Assembly: GCA_051892275.1 (NCBI GenBank)
Contig: JBJFGA010000161.1
Location: 1 to 56,033 of the forward strand
DNA: 56,033 nucleotides
From: Oscillospiraceae bacterium
Lineage (GTDB): Bacteria > Bacillota > Clostridia > Oscillospirales > Ruminococcaceae
Direction: 5' to 3'
Shown: positions 49,436 through 56,033 of the stretch, piece after piece
How the letters are laid out: each line of letters opens with the position of its first letter
Numbering within the stretch: position 1 is the first letter of the stretch
Notes under the pieces: model-generated
Told to the model about the DNA's origin: nothing
Databases searched by the model: none
What the model saw: the letters and a program-made list of their open reading frames with translations, nothing else
Translations under genes and position numbers: made by a program

Positions 49436-50287
49436 ATAGCAGCAGGAAATATGAAGGACATCAAGCGGCGAATCAAGTCAGTCGGCTCGACCCGCCAGAT
49501 AACAAAGGCGATGGAGCTGGTGTCCTCAAGTAAGCTCCGCAAGGCAAAGCAGAGAGCGGAGCAGGCTCGTCCCTATTTCAACGAGCTGTATAAATCCATG
49601 TGCGAAATTGCCTCGGCGAACACCGATTTCTCCACAGTATTCACACAGAAGCGCGAGATAAAGCACCGGCTGTTCATCGTTGTTGCCGGCGACAGGGGTC
49701 TGGCGGGAGGATATAACTCCAACGTCCTGAAGCTGGCAGCCGCCGCCCACTCGGAGGACGCTGAAAAGCCGAAGATAATCGCGATAGGCAAAAAGGCTAT
49801 CGAGTACTTCGCGAAGCGGGACTATGACATTGTTGCAAGCTATTTCAACATAGCCGAGGACATCAAGCCCGCGCTGGCGCAGGACATTGCGGACATCGCA
49901 GTTGAGATGTTCCGCCGGGGCGAGGTGGACGACGTGCAGATATTCTATACGCTGTTCGTGTCCCAGCTATCCCAGCAGGCGGAGCAGATGGCGGTACTCC
50001 CCATGAAGACCCAGAAGATGGAGAACTACGGCGTAATGGACTATGATCCCTCGCCCGAGGCGGTGTTCAACCGTATCGTGCCGAAATTCATGGCGAGCCT
50101 TGTGCAGTGCGCGGTGGTAGAGTCCTACGCTTCCGAACAGGGCGCGCGCAGAACGGCAATGGAGTCCGCGACGGACAACGCAGACGCCATGACTGAGAGC
50201 CTGTCACTGTTGTACAACAGAGCGCGTCAGGCGAGCATCACGCAGGAGATCACCGAGATCGTATCCGGCGCGAACGCACTGGATTAA
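49436..50287 (+). CDS. atpG: ATP synthase F1 subunit gamma (start either ATA 49436 or ATG 49451)
   Basis: IKRRIKSV..T.QITKAM, GDRGLAG.YN, RRTAMESATDNA, RQASITQEITEI. Confidence 0.95.
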   Translation: MAAGNMKDIKRRIKSVGSTRQITKAMELVSSSKLRKAKQRAEQARPYFNELYKSMCEIASANTDFSTVFTQKREIKHRLFIVVAGDRGLAGGYNSNVLKLAAAAHSEDAEKPKIIAIGKKAIEYFAKRDYDIVASYFNIAEDIKPALAQDIADIAVEMFRRGEVDDVQIFYTLFVSQLSQQAEQMAVLPMKTQKMENYGVMDYDPSPEAVFNRIVPKFMASLVQCAVVESYASEQGARRTAMESATDNADAMTESLSLLYNRARQASITQEITEIVSGANALD

Positions 50288-50295
50288 ACGCATAA

Positions 50296-51744
<1,449 letters not shown>

Positions 51745-51783
51745 AAAGCTGACTAAGTTAGCATACGAGAGGAATTGACACTG

Positions 51784-52188
51784 ATGACGCCGTTTAAGTT
51801 ACAAATCATCACGCCCGAAAAGACTTTCTTTGACGGCGAAACAGAGCAAATCATCGTCCGCACCACCGTCGGCGACGCCGGTATTCTTAACGGTCATGAG
51901 CCTTACTGTGCCGCGCTTGGCGTGGGGCAGATGCGTATCATGATAGATGGTGAGTTCCGGCGCGCGGCGACCTCCGGCGGTATCATCAAGGTATCGAAGG
52001 AAAAGACCGTTGTCCTCGTTCAGTCCTGCGAATGGGCGGAGGACATTGACGTCAGCCGTGCAGAGCACGCGAAGCAGGTCGCAGAGGAACGCATGAAGGC
52101 AGCAGCCAGCGACAACGAGCTTCATCTCGCGGAGGCAAAGCTGAAGCGGGCGCTCAACCGTATCGACGCGGCAGGCATGATAAAGTAA
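51784..52188 (+). CDS. atpC: ATP synthase F1 subunit epsilon
   Basis: LQIITPE, GILNGH.P, EDIDVSRA, LKRALNR. Confidence 0.95.
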   Translation: MTPFKLQIITPEKTFFDGETEQIIVRTTVGDAGILNGHEPYCAALGVGQMRIMIDGEFRRAATSGGIIKVSKEKTVVLVQSCEWAEDIDVSRAEHAKQVAEERMKAAASDNELHLAEAKLKRALNRIDAAGMIK

Positions 52189-52190
52189 AC

Positions 52191-52233
52191 AAAACCGCTC
52201 TTGGAGGTGCAGACACCAAAGGGAGCGGTTTTT
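52191..52233 (+). terminator. atp operon terminator
   Basis: aaaaccgctc...gagcggtttt followed by T. Confidence 0.75.
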
Positions 52234-52289
52234 ACGTTATTTTCTATGCTCACATAAAAAATCAAGACCCGGTGTCGATCCGGGTCTTG

Positions 52290-52535
52290 CAGGGTGTCGA
52301 AAAAGTTGAAGTTTCATTTTTGATGGCTTCAAGCCATCAAAAATGTTGGGGGAAAACTCTTGTTTCAACGACAAACGTTCCGTTTGTCCCCCGACCCAAA
52401 CCCCTTTAGCGCTATTGACGCGTATTACTGCGCTATCGCGCAGAGTGGTGGGGCGCTGCCCCACACCCCGCTTCCTTTTGTGTCAAAAGGAAGCGAAAAC
52501 CATTTTGCTTCGCGAAAGAGTTTTTCGAGAAGCTG
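52290..52535. mobile_element. MITE-like element 2 (246 bp) flanked by a ~27-bp duplicated hairpin
   Basis: Ends CAGGGTGTCGAAAAA / TTTTTCGAGAAGCTG. Flanks aagacccgg.....atccgggtct at 52263-52289 and 52536-52562. Confidence 0.75.
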
Positions 52536-52572
52536 TAAGACCCGGAGGTGATCCGGGTCTCTTTTGTTCATT

Positions 52573-53139
52573 TCATGCCCATGGGTCAGAGCCTTTAGGT
52601 GCACGGATATCTGTTAGCAGATACTGTTCCCACAGAAACCATCGTCCGTCCCCCTTCATTCGCAGCTTTATCGGGCGGGGGCTGTCCGCACCGCTGCAGG
52701 GGATGAACAGCTTTGCATATCCCTGTTCTGCTTCGGAGGTGTGGTCGCTCTTAACCGTAACAGTGAACGGCTGCGATGGGGTGTAGTTGTTATCAGGCGT
52801 TGCACCGGCGAAATAGGAGAACGGGATATACGTCTTGCCGCCGCGGAAACGGTCGTTCAGAAAAGAGATGTCGTGACCGTTCATTTCCCTCGGACCTCTT
52901 AGCCAGTTCAGCATTTCAGTGCCGATGCTTTTGTCTGCGGCATAAGCGCAGAGTGCGCACACTGTCAGTGCGGCGGTTTTGAACGGAGAATCAAGGCTTG
53001 CTTCGGGGAGCGACTGCATCTGCGCAAGGCTTTCCGGCAGTGCGGAAAAGGTGATGGTCTCGGTGCGTGTGCCTATCGCAGAGGAAGGCTTGGTTTCAGG
53101 TGCGGGGGTGTTGTGCTTCAGGTTGTCGAAAATGCTCAT
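52573..53139 (-). CDS. Conserved hypothetical protein (tentatively DUF6935-like)
   Basis: 188-aa ORF with AGGAGG SD; SYFAGATP.NNY.P, GADSPRP. Confidence 0.75.
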   Translation of the reverse strand: MSIFDNLKHNTPAPETKPSSAIGTRTETITFSALPESLAQMQSLPEASLDSPFKTAALTVCALCAYAADKSIGTEMLNWLRGPREMNGHDISFLNDRFRGGKTYIPFSYFAGATPDNNYTPSQPFTVTVKSDHTSEAEQGYAKLFIPCSGADSPRPIKLRMKGDGRWFLWEQYLLTDIRAPKGSDPWA

Positions 53140-53179
53140 ATTGTCCTCCTGTCAATGAGTCTGATAGGAATAATGAACC

Positions 53180-55225
53180 TTACTTTTTCAGCGTGAACTT
53201 TCCGGTCAGCTGCTTCATGGTGTTCGCCTGACCTGCCAGCTCCTCGGCTGCTGCGGCGCTCTGTTCAGAGGACGCGGAGTTGTTCTGCGTAACGTTGGAA
53301 AGCTGCTCTACGCCGACAGTCACCTGACTTATCGCCTCGGACTGTTCCTGAGAATTTTTCGAGATACCGTCTATGGCGGACACGATCTCTCCGATCTTGG
53401 TCACCACGGTGTTCAGGGACTCTGCGGTCTGGTTTGCTATCTGCGAGCCGTTCTCCACTGCTTCCATGGTCTTGCTGATGAGCTCGGCGGTGTTCTGGGA
53501 AGCCTCGGCGGACTTGGACGCGAGGTTTCTTACCTCGTCAGCGACAACCGCGAAGCCCTTGCCGGCTTCACCTGCTCTTGCGGCTTCAATGGCTGCGTTG
53601 AGCGCCAGGATATTGGTCTGGAATGCGATGTCCTCGATTGTCTGGATTATCTCGCTGATCTGGTCAGCGTTGTCGTTGATATCCTTCATAGCAGTTAGCA
53701 TGTTGTTCATGCGTTCGTTGCTGAGGTTTGCTTCGCTGCCGATAGCGTTCATGCTTTCGCTTGCGTGTTCAGCTTCCACGGCGTTGGACTTGATATGCCC
53801 GGACATGTCGTTGATGGTTGCGACAAGCTGCTCAATAGAGCCCGCCTGTTCTGTTGAGCCGGAAGCCAGCGCCTGCGCTCCGCTGGAAACCTGATCAGCA
53901 CCGGTGGCAACCTGGTCTGCGGCTCTGTCGATCTCCACGAGGGTGGTGTTCAGGGAGGAGGTGATGTTTTCAAGTGCGGTCTTAAGCTTCTCAAACTCGC
54001 CCTTGTATTCCAGTGTAAGGTTGATGTCGAGGTTGCCTGCGGCGATCTGGTCGAGCACTCCGGACATCTCGTTGATGTAGCCGGTGTAGTTCTTGAGCTG
54101 GTCAACAGTCCTGCCGAAGCTCTTTGCCAGTTCGCCGATATCGTCGTTTGAGGTCACGTTGAGCGCCACGTCAAACTCGCCGTCAGCGACCTTCTGCGCG
54201 GCTCCGTTCAGCATCTTGAGGGAGCGGGTCATTTTTATTGACATAAGTATAGCGATAACCACCGCCAAAACCGTGTCTACCATAACTGCAACCAGCATTA
54301 TTATAGTCATGTGGGTGGTCTGCTCCGAAAGCTCGGCGGATTCGATCGTGAAGATCAGCTTCATGCCGTTGTCAAGGGTTCTGTAAACCGCGTTTCTTGA
54401 CACGCCGTTCAGCTGACAGGAGAACACGTTCTCGCTGTCCTCGCCGGACATAGCGGAGATAAGGCTGTCAAAGCTGCCCAGTGAAGCAAGGTCGGTGCCG
54501 AACTCAACGTCCTTGCCGTAGATTACGCTGTTGCTTCCGTCTACGATTATGGGCAGCCCGGTGCGGTAAGCGTCGGAGCTTTCGGCGATCTGCTCTATCA
54601 GTGTGAAGTCGATATCCATACCGACTATGCCGATATTCTCGCCCTCATAGAACAGCGGAACGACGTAGGATATCATGTAAATGCCGATGTTCTCGTTGAG
54701 GTAGGGGTTCATCCATGTGGGGGCGCCGTTGTTTACCGGGATATAGTACCAGCCGACATGGGTGAGGTCGGTTTTGTCATAGATGGTGAAATCCGTCGGG
54801 GTCACAGTTACAAAGTCTTCATTCACACTGTTTCTTGAGAAGAAAACACCAGAGGTAGGGGGGGTGAAGTCCGGATTGTATCTTATGTAAGAGCTGATAG
54901 CGCCATCGGTGTTCTCTGCAGAGCTTAGCAGAAGCTGTTCTATCTTGTCGGAGAACTTCATGACATATCTTTCGCTGGATTTGAATGATTTGAAGTCGTC
55001 GAGGTTGCTCAAAGCGACATCGGCAAGCGTGTCTACCGACTGCTCTATCTTTCTGAGATATACGTCTATTTCTTCGCTTAGAGTGCTTTCGGTGCTGGCC
55101 ATTGTCTTTTGGGAATACTCGTTGAGCGCTTTACTTGAGCTAAAAATGGCAAGAACGCCTACGGAAATAGAAGCGTACGCTGCACAAGTCGCAGCCAGGA
55201 TGCTGATTTTTTGGGTAATAGTCAT
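53180..55225 (-). CDS. Methyl-accepting chemotaxis protein (Cache-HAMP-MCP signal)
   Basis: Two TM helices, WY...W..PY Cache motif, [38 protein letters not shown]. Confidence 0.96.
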   Translation of the reverse strand: MTITQKISILAATCAAYASISVGVLAIFSSSKALNEYSQKTMASTESTLSEEIDVYLRKIEQSVDTLADVALSNLDDFKSFKSSERYVMKFSDKIEQLLLSSAENTDGAISSYIRYNPDFTPPTSGVFFSRNSVNEDFVTVTPTDFTIYDKTDLTHVGWYYIPVNNGAPTWMNPYLNENIGIYMISYVVPLFYEGENIGIVGMDIDFTLIEQIAESSDAYRTGLPIIVDGSNSVIYGKDVEFGTDLASLGSFDSLISAMSGEDSENVFSCQLNGVSRNAVYRTLDNGMKLIFTIESAELSEQTTHMTIIMLVAVMVDTVLAVVIAILMSIKMTRSLKMLNGAAQKVADGEFDVALNVTSNDDIGELAKSFGRTVDQLKNYTGYINEMSGVLDQIAAGNLDINLTLEYKGEFEKLKTALENITSSLNTTLVEIDRAADQVATGADQVSSGAQALASGSTEQAGSIEQLVATINDMSGHIKSNAVEAEHASESMNAIGSEANLSNERMNNMLTAMKDINDNADQISEIIQTIEDIAFQTNILALNAAIEAARAGEAGKGFAVVADEVRNLASKSAEASQNTAELISKTMEAVENGSQIANQTAESLNTVVTKIGEIVSAIDGISKNSQEQSEAISQVTVGVEQLSNVTQNNSASSEQSAAAAEELAGQANTMKQLTGKFTLKK

Positions 55226-55304
55226 ATAAAACCTCCAATGCTGTGGTACGACAGGTTTTCCGGATAAACCGACCTCCGTCAAATTTTCACACAGCTTTTG
55301 CTAT

Positions 55305-55333
55305 ATTATAGCACAATAATGCAAAAAAATCAA
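55305..55333 (-). promoter_or_regulatory. Sigma-A-like promoter of the MCP gene
   Basis: TTGATT-N17-TATAAT with TG extension. Confidence 0.6.
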
Positions 55334-55561
55334 CAAAATAACCGCACTGTTAAGCGGAGTGCGGCAAAAATAATGCACAAATAAGTATGTCGGATTTTGT
55401 GCGGAATATTCGTAACCAAGGGTTCAGGTTTCTGAATGGTGACGCTGTATTTGTGAATAATCAGCCTGTTTTTGTATATATTATTTTTGTCGGAGATATC
55501 ATGTTGGTTTTTCGTTGTGAGAATATTTCCGAAAATATTTTGAAAAAACACGAAAAACCTA

Positions 55562-55590
55562 TTGACAAATCTGTCTTGATGTGCTATAAT
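55562..55590 (+). promoter_or_regulatory. Sigma-A promoter of tRNA-Gln
   Basis: TTGACA-N17-TATAAT. Confidence 0.85.
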
Positions 55591-55607
55591 ACTATACGTT
55601 AAGTCAC

Positions 55608-55683
55608 TGGGGTGTCGCCAAGTGGTAAGGCATCGGACTCTGACTCCGCCATTTCGAGGGTTCAAATCCTTCCACCCCAACCA
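55608..55683 (+). tRNA. tRNA-Gln(CTG)
   Basis: TGGGGTG/CACCCCA acceptor stem with U1-A72, anticodon loop CT-CTG-AC, GGTTCAAATCC T-arm, encoded CCA. Confidence 0.95.
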
Positions 55684-55872
55684 AAGTTTTGCCGCGCGAA
55701 CAAGCGCGGCAAAACATCCGATTTTTCTTTCCCCGCCGGAGTGGCGGGGAATTTTTGCTGTATAGACTAGATTTTCTTTGTAGCCTTAAACTGCCCGCAA
55801 AAAACCGAAAAATCTCGTGCGCCATTACAGCGGTATCGTGGCTATTCCCGTGATTTATTTTGTATGCCATGG
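55684..55872 (+). repeat. tRNA-trailer repeat, full copy C
   Basis: Begins immediately after the tRNA CCA; colinear with copy B (15090-15282). Confidence 0.85.
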
Positions 55873-56003
55873 AAGGTTTTTTGCCGCGCGAACGAGTGCG
55901 GTAAAATTTCCGATTCGAGTCTGGCGCTTGGATATGGGGCTTCGCCCATACCGCGCCAAACCGCAAGTTCTCGCCAGTCCCGTAGTGGGACTGGCGTTTT
56001 TTG
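55873..56003 (+). repeat. tRNA-trailer repeat, diverged partial copy D
   Basis: gtttttgccgcgcgaac..., tccgatt, and hairpin cgccagtccc-gtagt-gggactggcg. Confidence 0.65.
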
Positions 56004-56033
56004 TATAACGAAAACCCCCGGCAATGCCGGGGG

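Noticed and set aside
55226-55330. c-di-GMP-I/II riboswitch upstream of the MCP gene
   Set aside because: Lacks the GGCAAA/GAAA/CGCAAAG or class II consensus; kept only as a generic structured leader.

Overview
Core-genome window of a moderately GC-rich Clostridia bacterium (Oscillospiraceae/Ruminococcus-like by gene content). It carries holA (partial), hinT, alaS, tadA, rlmB, metK with a SAM-I riboswitch, hemZ, trmK-nif3-rqcH-valS, a complete F1Fo ATP synthase operon with a Na+-type c subunit, tRNA-Leu(GAG), tRNA-Gln(CTG), c-di-GMP enzymes and an MCP. I found no transposase, integrase, prophage or CRISPR array. The least ordinary features are: (1) a 1317-aa fusion of a priming sugar-phosphate transferase to an O-antigen-ligase/oligosaccharyltransferase domain; (2) a 1044-aa membrane protein resembling a catalytically dead P1B-type ATPase; (3) a 43-aa membrane ORF between atpA and atpG, a probable ATA start for atpG, and an atp operon apparently joined to deacetylase and bactofilin genes; (4) a SAM-I riboswitch whose K-turn seems replaced by a three-way junction; (5) a ~190-bp structured repeat with covarying stems downstream of both tRNA genes; (6) two hairpin-duplicating MITE-like elements; (7) an orphan, fused Ter-associated PRTase-TRSP-StiP-PELOTA module. 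All family assignments come from motif recognition by eye; no database searches were run.
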